DNA of 45,938 nucleotides from a virus, in the IMG/VR virus record IMGVR_UViG_3300004481_000261, positions 1 to 45,938 of that record; one strand, written 5' to 3'. The notes below the pieces were generated by a model. That model was not told the origin of the DNA and ran no database searches. It worked only from the letters and a program-made list of their open reading frames with translations. This document shows, in pieces, positions 1 to 9,458 of this stretch. The translations under genes were made by a program, and so were the position numbers. Position 1 is the first letter of the stretch; the number at the start of each line of letters is the position of its first letter.

Positions 1-70
1 AAGCAGCGATCTAACCAACTACATTCAGACCTTAACCAAGAAAAGCACTTTGTATTGTAATGAGCGTAGA
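1..70. repeat. Terminal direct repeat, left copy
   Basis: Bases 1-70 (AAGCAGCGATCTAACC...AATGAGCGTAGA) are identical base for base to 45869-45938. Confidence 0.95.
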
Positions 71-118
71 CCTAACTATAATCTAACACTCTAAATGAAT
101 AATAAACACTGTACAATT

Positions 119-598
119 CTATTCGATTGTAACTGCTTCGAATGACTCACACCAAATATTGTAGTCATTAGCCTGGCGAACCTTTGCTGACTTCTCTTCA
201 GGTGAATCTCCTTCCTTTGGTCCGAAAACATAATTCGTATTGAGGACAATGTCCTTCACTACCTTAGTTTTCTCTTTATTCCCTTCAAGGACATCGATGA
301 TAAAGTTCTCATCCATCAAATCAATGAACTCTTTTGCGAACTTCTCCTGATTCTCTTCAGACATATCCCAAACTTCCTGACCCTGTTCATTCATTTTCTT
401 ACGATTCTCACCATTTTCATCCTTCTCACAGTACTTACTAATGATTTCCATACGGAATTTCTCATTCTCGTCAATGTGTTTAACGATAAGGTTAACAAAA
501 CGTGTGCGTTCACGACTTTCCTTGCCTGAAAGGTTAAGTTCGTTCAACCAACTACCCAATCCGATGAGATACTTATTCTTAATTTCAAATTTTGACAT
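119..598 (-). CDS. Hypothetical protein (159 aa, acidic)
   Basis: Long ORF co-oriented with the late block. It is the last gene before the repeat junction. No motif recognised. Confidence 0.55.
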   Translation of the reverse strand: MSKFEIKNKYLIGLGSWLNELNLSGKESRERTRFVNLIVKHIDENEKFRMEIISKYCEKDENGENRKKMNEQGQEVWDMSEENQEKFAKEFIDLMDENFIIDVLEGNKEKTKVVKDIVLNTNYVFGPKEGDSPEEKSAKVRQANDYNIWCESFEAVTIE

Positions 599-610
599 GA
601 TTTTATCTAA

Positions 611-1291
611 TTACTGCTTAATTCTAAACTCTGGCAACGGTTTTGACATTTTCTGGTAATAACTAACGAGGTATGAACGAACCTTTGTACAATGGTCACG
701 TATTGCATCATAACTCTGAGTACTACCAATCGCACGACTACGTCTGTCTTGTGGTTTGTAGTCCTCTAAAATGGGAGTAATACCATCTACCTGGACTTTA
801 TACTTACCAGTCTCTGGATCGATAACTGGACGTGTCGAAAGCGCAACATCTGATAGACGTTCAGGTACTATTACAGTAAAGAGGAAACCTGGACGATCTG
901 GAAATGTATCTAACTGAATACCGAAGTCAACTCCAAGTACTTCTTCAACAATCTTAACGAGACGTTCATCGATATCTACTTTAGATGCAGAAGCTGTCTC
1001 GATATCTTTATCTTTTGCATCTGACTTAAAAGCATTTCCATCTGGACCTTCTACTTTTTTAAGTCGATCCTCTAATGTAGAAACTTTAGTGACAACCGTA
1101 CCCATCATCGCCATCAATTTCTGCATATCTGACTGCTTTTCTTCTTTTGGTTCTTCTACTGGAGTTTCCTCGGGCTTGTCTCCCTTAAGAAGTGCTTCGA
1201 GATCTCCAACCTTTGCTGTAGGATTGAAGGAAATTCCTTTCTCTTTCAATTCCTTGATTATATCTGCTCTTGACATATTATTTGATTTCAA
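611..1291 (-). CDS. Hypothetical protein with N-terminal HeH/SAP-like motif
   Basis: N-terminus ADIIKELKEKGISFNPTAKVGDLEALL resembles the Rho-N/HeH helix-extended-helix motif, followed by an E/K/P-rich linker. Confidence 0.4.
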   Translation of the reverse strand: MKSNNMSRADIIKELKEKGISFNPTAKVGDLEALLKGDKPEETPVEEPKEEKQSDMQKLMAMMGTVVTKVSTLEDRLKKVEGPDGNAFKSDAKDKDIETASASKVDIDERLVKIVEEVLGVDFGIQLDTFPDRPGFLFTVIVPERLSDVALSTRPVIDPETGKYKVQVDGITPILEDYKPQDRRSRAIGSTQSYDAIRDHCTKVRSYLVSYYQKMSKPLPEFRIKQ

Positions 1292-1796
1292 ATTGTTCCT
1301 TAATCTTCTCGTTCACATTACTAATTTTTTGCTTACGCCATTCGGAAAGTTCTTTATCACTTTCTTCCTGACTCATTCCTTCTTTGACTCTAAGTTTTGC
1401 TCTTGCGATAGCCATTGCAACATCATCGACCGGTAATTCAATGCGTCTATGAGCATAACCTGAAGTCTTTTCATCATCACTGATGCGGAATGATACGTCA
1501 TACGGCATATATATAATATCTCGTTCATAACGTAATGCAAGTTGTCTACGGAGGTCTTCATTACCAATAAAGTAAATGAATCCATAAAGGTCGAGATAGT
1601 TAAACTTTAACTTAAGATCTGTACCGTCTGTGGCTTTAGCGGTTACTTCAACATAGTTGCACTCTATTTCTTTTTTAGCATCCGCAGGGTTCTCAAGCCC
1701 ATCTGTATTTGTTTCAGTCTCTTCCCATACAGGAACAAACTGTACTTTATTGTTCGTCAATAAATCCTTAACTTGCCAATCTTTCTTCTTACTCAT
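1278..1796 (-). CDS. Hypothetical protein (172 aa), head-module position
   Basis: ORF that overlaps both neighbours by a few nt, consistent with translational coupling. Lies downstream of the portal gene. Confidence 0.5.
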   Translation of the reverse strand: MSKKKDWQVKDLLTNNKVQFVPVWEETETNTDGLENPADAKKEIECNYVEVTAKATDGTDLKLKFNYLDLYGFIYFIGNEDLRRQLALRYERDIIYMPYDVSFRISDDEKTSGYAHRRIELPVDDVAMAIARAKLRVKEGMSQEESDKELSEWRKQKISNVNEKIKEQFEIK

Positions 1797-2028
1797 ATTT
1801 TTGTGCTGCTTTACTATGAATCCTTCGTAGGAATTCTTTAATACCTTGCTTCATACCTTCTCGTCTCATATACTCCAAAGCAATACTATCTGAAGTATTT
1901 GCAATAATAGTACCTGATAGTTCGTCCACTAACTCCTCTGTTATAGTTTCGAATACGTCAAAGGACCCTTTTACGAGTTCTTTGCATTTCGCTGATAGTA
2001 ATTTATCTTGGATTGTGGCTTTTTTCAT
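1789..2028 (-). CDS. Hypothetical protein (79 aa)
   Basis: Small ORF immediately downstream of the portal gene on the same strand. Confidence 0.45.
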   Translation of the reverse strand: MKKATIQDKLLSAKCKELVKGSFDVFETITEELVDELSGTIIANTSDSIALEYMRREGMKQGIKEFLRRIHSKAAQKYE

Positions 2029-2045
2029 TTGTGGCTCTTAAAATG

Positions 2046-4070
2046 TTATTGAATAAATGTTCCGGCAAATCCTCCTGTTTCTGCCTGAGGACCTCCTGCT
2101 GCCTCACTCATAGGAACAGGTGGTGTCGGTACTTCCTGTCCAGCCTGCGGTGCTCCAGGACCAGCCGGAGGGGTACCAGAAGGAACTTCCTTCTTTACTT
2201 CTGGTTTTACTCCAGCAAGGAAGTCCAACCAATCCTGAGGCAACCACTTCTTAGGGTCTTTGTTAGATGAAACAAGCATTTGTTTAGCTGGTTTTGCACC
2301 AATCTCTTTAGGTAATTGAAGAATAGGAATGAGCATGTTTGTCATACGAAGAGTATCTGCCTTCTCAAGTTCTTCTGATGTAACAAGGAGTGTAGAGATG
2401 TCTGTACTAATCCAACCTGTAAATGCAAGATACTCAGGTTTGATGTGGAAGAATGACTTCTTATCACTCTCCATAAACTCACCTGTCTCACTTTGCTCAA
2501 GGTTGAGCATTGAACCTCTGAATTTCTTAGCGTAGAAGATTTCCTCTCCCGGTTTTCCTTCGTTCTCGATAAAGTAGAATTCTGGGTCAGCTTTTACCTC
2601 ATCGAGGTATGCATTTATCTGTTCCTGTGTAGCAAGGTGTTCTACCTGGAAGTCAGAGTAAGTTTGCTGGATGAGAGCAATACGGTTTTGAATTTCCCAA
2701 TCAAGTGCATACTGCATTGACTTCAGTGGAAGACGTAGTCTCTTGAGACCAGCCTCTCGTTCAACTCCAACCTGAAATGCTGTAGTAGAACTTGACATCG
2801 ATGAACCTTCAATAGCAGGAGTGATACCAGTCGTAGCATCTTGAGAATTCTTAAGCCATTCGATTCGTTCTAGAGTATGTTGGTTACCTTGTGGAATCTG
2901 AAGCCAGTTGATATCTTTAGGATTCATTGTCCTGCGGAGAACACCTGGTGTAATTTTAATGTTCTCATCTTCAAAGTCCTCAGTACCTGAGTAGAATCCC
3001 ATAGGAGAGATAGTAAGAAGGAGTTGTCTCATATCCATATTGATGATACGATCGATCAACTCTTCGTTGTTTACCATTTCCTCAACTACTCCAATTCCGT
3101 AAACAGTATCATCACCTCGCATATGCCAAGGGAAATATGTACAAGAAAGACGCTTGTTGTTTTGTGGAAGTGGTTCCCATACGACCATTACTCCATTCAT
3201 CTCAATGATAAACTGGTCAGCATACTGGTTCTCATAGAAGAATACCTCAGTCATACCTGGCTTCTGTGACACTGGAGAGTTTCCTGTATTGGATGTCTGT
3301 TGTGAGTAGTTCGCTTCGATAGTCTCACGAGTATCTCCACCAGAGTGGACAAACTTCATGTTCGGAAAATCTTTTTCAGGAAATGTTGCTTTTAGATCGT
3401 CAATGAACCATATCTCTCTCCACATCCAGTCTCTAGTTGAGAAGAAGTCTTCTGGTTTGGTTTGCTCATCCAACCAAGTATTAAAGTTGTTCATGTTCAT
3501 GTAAGCAACATCATCCAACTTTACAATCTTCTTTTTTGTATAAGCTCTCTGACCCTTAGCATCTATCGATGAAAGGAATGATGCATCATGAATGAGTTGT
3601 CTATTGAAAGTTCGTCCAATACCCCAACCTCTCCTTGCAGCATTAAAGACTGAAAGTTTAAACTGACCAAGTGAGTTAGTATCACGAAATGACTTCTGTG
3701 CCAGTTGTTTAAGAAGTTCTTTGTTGGCAGTATACTTTGGATTGTCTTCTTCAAGGACATACTTCGGTGTATTGTCTATGAGAATACCAAGAGCTGTCTG
3801 AACTTTACCGTAAGCTGTATTGATAGAAAGAGGGCGGTTATTTGCATCAAGTTCTGAAGCAGGGATATCTGCAAACTTACGGAAGTATTTCCTGTCCATC
3901 TCAGACATAAGGTTGTCAATGTCAAGACCGTAGATATTACTACGTGATGATAACAACTCACTCTTTCGTCTTAGAAACTGTTCATAGACCTTAGCTTCAT
4001 CATCAATCGGAGTGTAACCCTTAACTATTTTTTCTTCGGGTAAAGGTTTGAGATTGTTTTTCTTTGCCAT
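2046..4070 (-). CDS. Portal protein (putative)
   Basis: 674-aa ORF directly downstream of TerL. Size and position are typical of portals. It has a Pro/Gly-rich C-terminal tail. No diagnostic motif could be read by eye. Confidence 0.6.
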   Translation of the reverse strand: MAKKNNLKPLPEEKIVKGYTPIDDEAKVYEQFLRRKSELLSSRSNIYGLDIDNLMSEMDRKYFRKFADIPASELDANNRPLSINTAYGKVQTALGILIDNTPKYVLEEDNPKYTANKELLKQLAQKSFRDTNSLGQFKLSVFNAARRGWGIGRTFNRQLIHDASFLSSIDAKGQRAYTKKKIVKLDDVAYMNMNNFNTWLDEQTKPEDFFSTRDWMWREIWFIDDLKATFPEKDFPNMKFVHSGGDTRETIEANYSQQTSNTGNSPVSQKPGMTEVFFYENQYADQFIIEMNGVMVVWEPLPQNNKRLSCTYFPWHMRGDDTVYGIGVVEEMVNNEELIDRIINMDMRQLLLTISPMGFYSGTEDFEDENIKITPGVLRRTMNPKDINWLQIPQGNQHTLERIEWLKNSQDATTGITPAIEGSSMSSSTTAFQVGVEREAGLKRLRLPLKSMQYALDWEIQNRIALIQQTYSDFQVEHLATQEQINAYLDEVKADPEFYFIENEGKPGEEIFYAKKFRGSMLNLEQSETGEFMESDKKSFFHIKPEYLAFTGWISTDISTLLVTSEELEKADTLRMTNMLIPILQLPKEIGAKPAKQMLVSSNKDPKKWLPQDWLDFLAGVKPEVKKEVPSGTPPAGPGAPQAGQEVPTPPVPMSEAAGGPQAETGGFAGTFIQ

Positions 4071-4111
4071 ATTTTAGAATTGTAAACTATTTTTTTAAGA
4101 CCGACTGTACA

Positions 4112-5716
4112 TTATCGTTTCAGACCAGATCTTACTCTATTTCTACCTGTTAAAAGATTTGCATGATTTTGTTCACTTGTGAAGTTTTCAGGTAGTCCAT
4201 GTTGAGCTATATATTTCTTTATTTTCTCCTCTGCAATAGTCATTGGTCTCTTTGCTTTAGGAATGTGACGAATACCTTGGACGGCAAGTCCCATAGCAAT
4301 TACCAAGTCATCGTGAGCAGTTCCTTCAGCTCCAAACCCCTGTTTGCCTTGCTCATCTGTCTGTACAAAGACTTTAAGTTCCTTCATTAGTTCGTAACTT
4401 CTAACCCTTACATCAAGATGCCTAATAGATTCCTCTAAGATGTCCACAAGCATAGGCTTAGTTGTCCCTGTAGTGCGGAATCCAAGGGCTTCTGTCTTTT
4501 CTTGAGTAACCTTATCAAAGACCTCTCTACGATAGATGTTGGCGTATCTACGTTTAATCCCGTCAAGAACAGATCGACCGTGGTTATTTACCTCAACAAC
4601 TAACAAGGCATTGTTATACATCTTTCCAACAGAGATAAGCAAGTCACCTAACATATCAGGAGGAATATGATTCGACTGGTATTCTGCAACTTGTTCACCG
4701 GTATGAGCATTAAGAACTTCCATTGTAGAGTAGTCTCCACCAAGTCCTTCGGCTACGTCACAACCTATAACATATTTGAAACCCGTCAAAGGTTTCTCCC
4801 AAATAAGAACATCACCAAAGACTCTATCCACAGGAGCAAGGAGAGTATGTTTATTAAGATCGGAGATGTGAAATACGTTACGTCCTGATGCAATAAATGC
4901 TTCAGTAATAGTCGTAGGGTATTCCTGCATAACGAACTGTTTATGTCTACGAACCTTCTGTATGTAAAAATTATACTGTTCTTTATCTAAAGTATATCTC
5001 TGACGAATGTCTGGAATAGTTCCGTACCGCACTGATAGTTCTCTATACTCAGCATCTAACTCGTCCATCGACTTAATCGTAGGTTCTCGATATTCTTCAG
5101 CCCACATCCAGTTGTAGAAGTGTTTCTTAAACTGTCCGTGGGGATTATTCCACTCTTCATAGAACATTCCTCCCATACCATTTGCTGTAGACTCAAGAGT
5201 AATTCGTCCTCCTTTTGGAACTGACTCAAGAATACCTGTCATCTTTTCTTCTGCATTTTTAATAAAGGCAACCTCAGAAACATGTAGGTTGTGAACTGTT
5301 TGTCCTCGAGTGTCGAGTGTAACAAAGATCTTACTGTCTAGGTCAGGGAAATAAAGTTCATTACGGTTATCGAATGAAACTCTTGGTTTGAGTTCTGCTG
5401 GAAGATTCTCATAGGCTCTTTTAACAATCTCAAAGAGTGTCTGAACTGTTTTCTGTTCGTGAGCTACAATAGCAGAGTTAGTATTGGGAGTCGTGATAGT
5501 TCTATCCAATAAATCCACAAGACCTTCGGTACTAAATCCATGCTGTCGAGCCTTAAGAATAATGTTAAGTTCTACCTTTGCTTCGTTGTAGTCTGCTTGA
5601 GCAATGTTCCAACGAAACGTCTTAAGCTTCTGGTCTTTAGTCTTAATCTTATAGAGATGATTAAGTCTCCAAGTTCTATCTGCTAATTTTAATTTTGCTT
5701 CCTCTTCTGTCATCAT
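4112..5716 (-). CDS. terL: Terminase large subunit
   Basis: ILKARQHGFSTEG matches the KARQxGxS(T) Walker-A-like ATPase motif of TerL. VIGCDVAEGLGGDYS matches the nuclease-domain acidic motif. At 534 aa and next to the portal gene, size and position also fit. Confidence 0.85.
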   Translation of the reverse strand: MMTEEEAKLKLADRTWRLNHLYKIKTKDQKLKTFRWNIAQADYNEAKVELNIILKARQHGFSTEGLVDLLDRTITTPNTNSAIVAHEQKTVQTLFEIVKRAYENLPAELKPRVSFDNRNELYFPDLDSKIFVTLDTRGQTVHNLHVSEVAFIKNAEEKMTGILESVPKGGRITLESTANGMGGMFYEEWNNPHGQFKKHFYNWMWAEEYREPTIKSMDELDAEYRELSVRYGTIPDIRQRYTLDKEQYNFYIQKVRRHKQFVMQEYPTTITEAFIASGRNVFHISDLNKHTLLAPVDRVFGDVLIWEKPLTGFKYVIGCDVAEGLGGDYSTMEVLNAHTGEQVAEYQSNHIPPDMLGDLLISVGKMYNNALLVVEVNNHGRSVLDGIKRRYANIYRREVFDKVTQEKTEALGFRTTGTTKPMLVDILEESIRHLDVRVRSYELMKELKVFVQTDEQGKQGFGAEGTAHDDLVIAMGLAVQGIRHIPKAKRPMTIAEEKIKKYIAQHGLPENFTSEQNHANLLTGRNRVRSGLKR

Positions 5717-6111
5717 TCGAGTTCTTTCATTACTTCGCTATGAGTCTTTACATTGTTGTAGAGAGGTCCACTAAGGATACGAGCTATTTGATACTTAATA
5801 CGAAAGAGTTTATTCCTATCACCTGCATGTTTCTTAACGAAGAATGCGTATTGTTCTCTATAAGCTTCAAGTTCTTGTTCGTAGACAAATAAAGGATTCT
5901 TAAGATATTCATCCCACCATTTATCTCGACCCATTGTAGTCTGTTGCTGAACGTGAACCAATTCGTGAGTCAAAAGATCTTCAGACATATCACATTGACA
6001 ATAAATCTTATCACCATAAGTAACTGCGACAGTTCTTTCATCTGCATTCGGGAATCTTTCTAATAACTTATCCCAATGTGGTGGCTTTTCTTTTAGGATT
6101 TGGTAGTTCAT
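5713..6111 (-). CDS. HExxH zinc-metallopeptidase-like protein (DUF4157-like motif)
   Basis: HELVHVQQQ matches the HExxH(V)xQ signature. The stop overlaps the TerL start (ATGA). Confidence 0.45.
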   Translation of the reverse strand: MNYQILKEKPPHWDKLLERFPNADERTVAVTYGDKIYCQCDMSEDLLTHELVHVQQQTTMGRDKWWDEYLKNPLFVYEQELEAYREQYAFFVKKHAGDRNKLFRIKYQIARILSGPLYNNVKTHSEVMKELE

Positions 6112-8609
6112 TATAGATTTGCTTGGCTTATTGATTTAATCTGTTTGACAACCTTGCCTGCAGTACTTGCAGTATTGTATGACGTTAGGTCAGTTGACCA
6201 CGTAATGTCTGGAATATCTACCACCAACTCACCCACTGAACCCGACACGGTAAGAGCTGATGTAGGTACTGCCCACACTGCCGAAGCGTCACCCAACTGC
6301 TCGAACATAATAGGTGAAGGCATACCGTCATCCCACACGTTCATTCCTGTAATTGAGTTTGTACCGTTGAAAATGTCTGCAAGGTAAAGATACGCTCCTG
6401 CGGTTGCGGTGATACCTGTTACTTTTACGGTTGCGTAGTCATCCACCGTTCCTGCGTAACTTGCTGATACTGAGAACACTTCCCACGCACCTGTTACGTT
6501 AGACATTGTGTAGGTAGAGTCTGCGGTTGTAGAGCCTGGAAGGTAAAGTTCCACCTTAGCAACACTTGTGCCAAAGGTTGCGTTCTTTTGTAGGAATCCA
6601 AGACAGTAAACAGCCGAGCTTGCTTTCGCGAGAATCTTAAATGACCACGAGAATCCTGCGGTGTTTTCTTCTGGGGTAAGACGTGCAGCGTGTGAGCCAA
6701 CGGTACGAGTTGTGGTGTCGGTAAGACTTGCACCAGAAGCCACTGCGTATCCTGTGTAGGTGTACCAAGAGTTGTTATACTGCGTTCCGCTTGTGTTCTT
6801 AAACTGCAAGAGCGTACCTGGCACTGCGTTGAGGTAGTTAGCAACAAATGCAGCGTTCCCGAAGGTGCACGTATCAAAGATTCCCTGGTTAAGCGTGTCA
6901 GTGATTGACTGCACGTCAGCAAGGTTTGTTGCTTTAGAGCCTAGAGAGCTGTCAGAGAATCTTACATTAGAGAATCCAGCACAAGCTATACCGAACGAAC
7001 GACTTGCCTCAACTTCACAGTCTGTGAATGTAAGCCCAGCACAACTCGAAATGTAGAACCCCCCGTTGTTGGTTGCTACTGCTGTTGAGCTTGAGATTCC
7101 ATAACACCTCGTAAATGTTCCGTTAGAGAACGCTGAAAGATACCATCCGCAACGGTTATTTTTAACCGCAAAACAATCTACGAGAGTTTTATTGTTTGGT
7201 TGCGTAAAGAGTGCGAAAGCTCCCGTGGAGTTTACACTAGAGTTTTGCATACAAGCGATGAGTCCAGTGTGGGTCAAAGATTCCTTTGATGTAGCCCACA
7301 CAAATCCGTGATAAAGAGGTCTGTACGCAACACTGTAATCGCATTGTCCTACTACACCCGTTGTACCAGCAATCAAGACTCCTGTTTTACTTGCAGTACT
7401 TGTTCCTACCGTTTCAAATCGTACCCAATCTGCGTCAAAGTCTCCTGCGGTAGCTGAAGCGTTTGTAAGATAGTAAGCCTGTGCGGTGTTCGTTGTGTCA
7501 ATGATGACGTTACGTTGAACATTTAGAATATGCGAGTCGGTGATGTGAGTGTACGTAAACGCTGCCTCTGCTCCACCAGCTGTATCTGAAAGCACATACG
7601 AAGTCGAGGAGTTTTTTGTTTTGATAAACTTGTTCTCGGTCTCGTTGTAGTTTGTCGCACTGTCTGTTCCAGGAGTAACCATAATCTCGTCTCCCACACT
7701 CCAATCCACTGCGGTTGAAGTTACGAGAGGTGAGGCGGCAGTTCCTACGCCAGAAACGTATTTAGTCTTCCATAGAGAGGTTGAGCTTTTTGGTGCTCCT
7801 TGAAGAATCAAACGCCCACTAGCATTGTTGCGTAGTCCGTAGTTTCCTGTGGTTCCGTTCTGGTTAAATGTGAGTCGTGCTGTGTAGGCGGCAGGGATAG
7901 GTGTTGCAACAGTTCCCATATCAAACTCACCACCACTAGCGATAGAAATTGACCCCTTAGAGGTTAGTGTTGCGGAAGCTGCGGTGTCCCATTTAAATAC
8001 TCCACCTTTCCCCACTACAAGAGCAAGCCCGATAGAACGAGCTGCAACAGCTAAGAGAGCAGTATCCGCACCGTCTCCAATACTCTGTGTGCCGTCCATC
8101 GTTACGGTAAGAGTTCCTGTATTGTTAGGGGCTTGAACCCATACGTTTTCAGTCGCACTCGGTACAACTTGACGGTCATCTGTTGCAAGAAACGCAAACG
8201 CTGTTCCTGCTGCGTCTGCTGCGGCTGCACTTGAGGTACTTGAAGCGGTACGAATCTTGAAACGGTACGCTCCTGCACCTGTTGTGGTGAATACGTACGG
8301 AGTAGGGAACTTAAAGTATACCCAACCGTTCGCAAGAACATCTGCGGCGGTAATAGTAACTGTTGCGGCGGTATCTACGGAACTTTCCTGTAAGGTAGCA
8401 GTCCAGTTTTGAGTTGTTGCGGTAGTACAAAGAACCAGAACACCTGTGCAAGCGTTCGTGGTGTTGGGTGCGGTAAAGGTTGCGGTGTACTTGTCAGAGT
8501 TCGTGACCGTGATGTTTGTTGAAGCGTGGAGTGTAGGGGTATTCGTCACCTGATTCCACGTAGAAGCGGTGTTGAAGTTTCCTGTTTGTGCTGATACTCG
8601 GTAAGCCAT
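6111..8609 (-). CDS. Tailspike / receptor-binding protein with right-handed parallel beta-helix repeats (possible depolymerase)
   Basis: 832 aa, rich in T/S/A/G. Periodic segments such as CGWYLSAFSNGTFTRCYGISSS...GGFYISSCAGLTFTDCEVEASRSFGIACAGFSNVRFSDSS are typical of PbH1 beta-helix repeats. Confidence 0.6.
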   Translation of the reverse strand: MAYRVSAQTGNFNTASTWNQVTNTPTLHASTNITVTNSDKYTATFTAPNTTNACTGVLVLCTTATTQNWTATLQESSVDTAATVTITAADVLANGWVYFKFPTPYVFTTTGAGAYRFKIRTASSTSSAAAADAAGTAFAFLATDDRQVVPSATENVWVQAPNNTGTLTVTMDGTQSIGDGADTALLAVAARSIGLALVVGKGGVFKWDTAASATLTSKGSISIASGGEFDMGTVATPIPAAYTARLTFNQNGTTGNYGLRNNASGRLILQGAPKSSTSLWKTKYVSGVGTAASPLVTSTAVDWSVGDEIMVTPGTDSATNYNETENKFIKTKNSSTSYVLSDTAGGAEAAFTYTHITDSHILNVQRNVIIDTTNTAQAYYLTNASATAGDFDADWVRFETVGTSTASKTGVLIAGTTGVVGQCDYSVAYRPLYHGFVWATSKESLTHTGLIACMQNSSVNSTGAFALFTQPNNKTLVDCFAVKNNRCGWYLSAFSNGTFTRCYGISSSTAVATNNGGFYISSCAGLTFTDCEVEASRSFGIACAGFSNVRFSDSSLGSKATNLADVQSITDTLNQGIFDTCTFGNAAFVANYLNAVPGTLLQFKNTSGTQYNNSWYTYTGYAVASGASLTDTTTRTVGSHAARLTPEENTAGFSWSFKILAKASSAVYCLGFLQKNATFGTSVAKVELYLPGSTTADSTYTMSNVTGAWEVFSVSASYAGTVDDYATVKVTGITATAGAYLYLADIFNGTNSITGMNVWDDGMPSPIMFEQLGDASAVWAVPTSALTVSGSVGELVVDIPDITWSTDLTSYNTASTAGKVVKQIKSISQANL

Positions 8610-8611
8610 AA

Positions 8612-8965
8612 TTATGAATAAGTTATTGAACTAACATTACCTCCACTATATGCTAAAGTTTTAGTTAAAGAAATACCTGAAGGTGTACTACCAGATAAAA
8701 CAATTGAAGTAATATCACCGGAAGTATAGTTGAAAGTTTTCACAATCGTTAGACCTCCACCTAGAGTATATGTAATGTAATTTATATCAGCCCCGGAATA
8801 AGTGATAACGTAAGGGTATGAATTTAGATTCTTTGAAACACTCTCGAAAGTATTTGAAAGAAAACTAAGTGCAATCCAAGATCTTACACCTGCAATCGTT
8901 GAAGACAGAACATAACCATTAGTCGAAGGAACACCTAGGTATTTTTCTAAAAGATATGTACTCAT
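8612..8965 (-). CDS. Hypothetical protein, tailspike-associated
   Basis: 117-aa ORF immediately upstream of the tailspike gene. Contains short repeats (ITYT...ITSI...SSITYS). Confidence 0.4.
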   Translation of the reverse strand: MSTYLLEKYLGVPSTNGYVLSSTIAGVRSWIALSFLSNTFESVSKNLNSYPYVITYSGADINYITYTLGGGLTIVKTFNYTSGDITSIVLSGSTPSGISLTKTLAYSGGNVSSITYS

Positions 8966-9417
8966 GCTGTATCTGTTACTTGAACTGAACCAGTAGTTGA
9001 ATCTGTACTAATATCAGTGATTCGAATATCTGGACTTGTAGGTCTTGAAAATGAAATATCTATCCACGAATTATCTCTACGTTGGTAGATTGTGTCTGTA
9101 TCTGTTGCAAAGTAAAAAGCAAGATTGCCTCCATCTGCTGGTTTTGCTGAATCTGCTCCTGATGTGATTAAGTTGCTTCCCATAACTTCTGTAACTACTC
9201 CTGCAACAACACTATGACCTCCTGGCTTCTGCATGATAGCATTCTTGATGAGCATCTTAACTACAAGTAAAAGACAATCGAATCTTTCTTTGAGTTGGTC
9301 AACTTGTTTTTCGATAGGTTTGTTCTTAAGAGAAGTACACCACCAACAATATCCATCCATCCCATGTTCACATGTTAGAAGTTGTCGATTGAGAGCCTGT
9401 TGATCTTTGGGATTCAT
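8962..9417 (-). CDS. Hypothetical Cys-rich protein
   Basis: 151 aa. The N-terminal CEHGMDGYCWWC cluster suggests metal binding. Overlaps the next gene by 4 nt. Confidence 0.4.
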   Translation of the reverse strand: MNPKDQQALNRQLLTCEHGMDGYCWWCTSLKNKPIEKQVDQLKERFDCLLLVVKMLIKNAIMQKPGGHSVVAGVVTEVMGSNLITSGADSAKPADGGNLAFYFATDTDTIYQRRDNSWIDISFSRPTSPDIRITDISTDSTTGSVQVTDTA

Positions 9418-9458
9418 ATAATAAATATATTAGGTAATTGAGATTAAAACACTGTATA

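Noticed and set aside
6494-6922. Shadow ORFs inside long genes: 6494-6922 on the same strand in another frame, and antisense ORFs at 1089-1436, 12650-13096, 29948-30523, 38354-38904, 40098-40382, 40826-41413 and 42685-42960
   Set aside because: All lie entirely within longer ORFs that have recognisable motifs or consistent operon context. Their compositions (S/L/R/P-rich) are typical of off-frame or antisense translation.
6111-8609. Visibly higher G+C in the tailspike and fibre genes (also 37455-40549 and 41736-43256) as evidence of recent horizontal transfer
   Set aside because: The shift tracks the Ala/Gly/Thr/Ser-rich amino-acid composition of these proteins (GCN, GGN, ACN codons). Composition alone does not support foreign origin.
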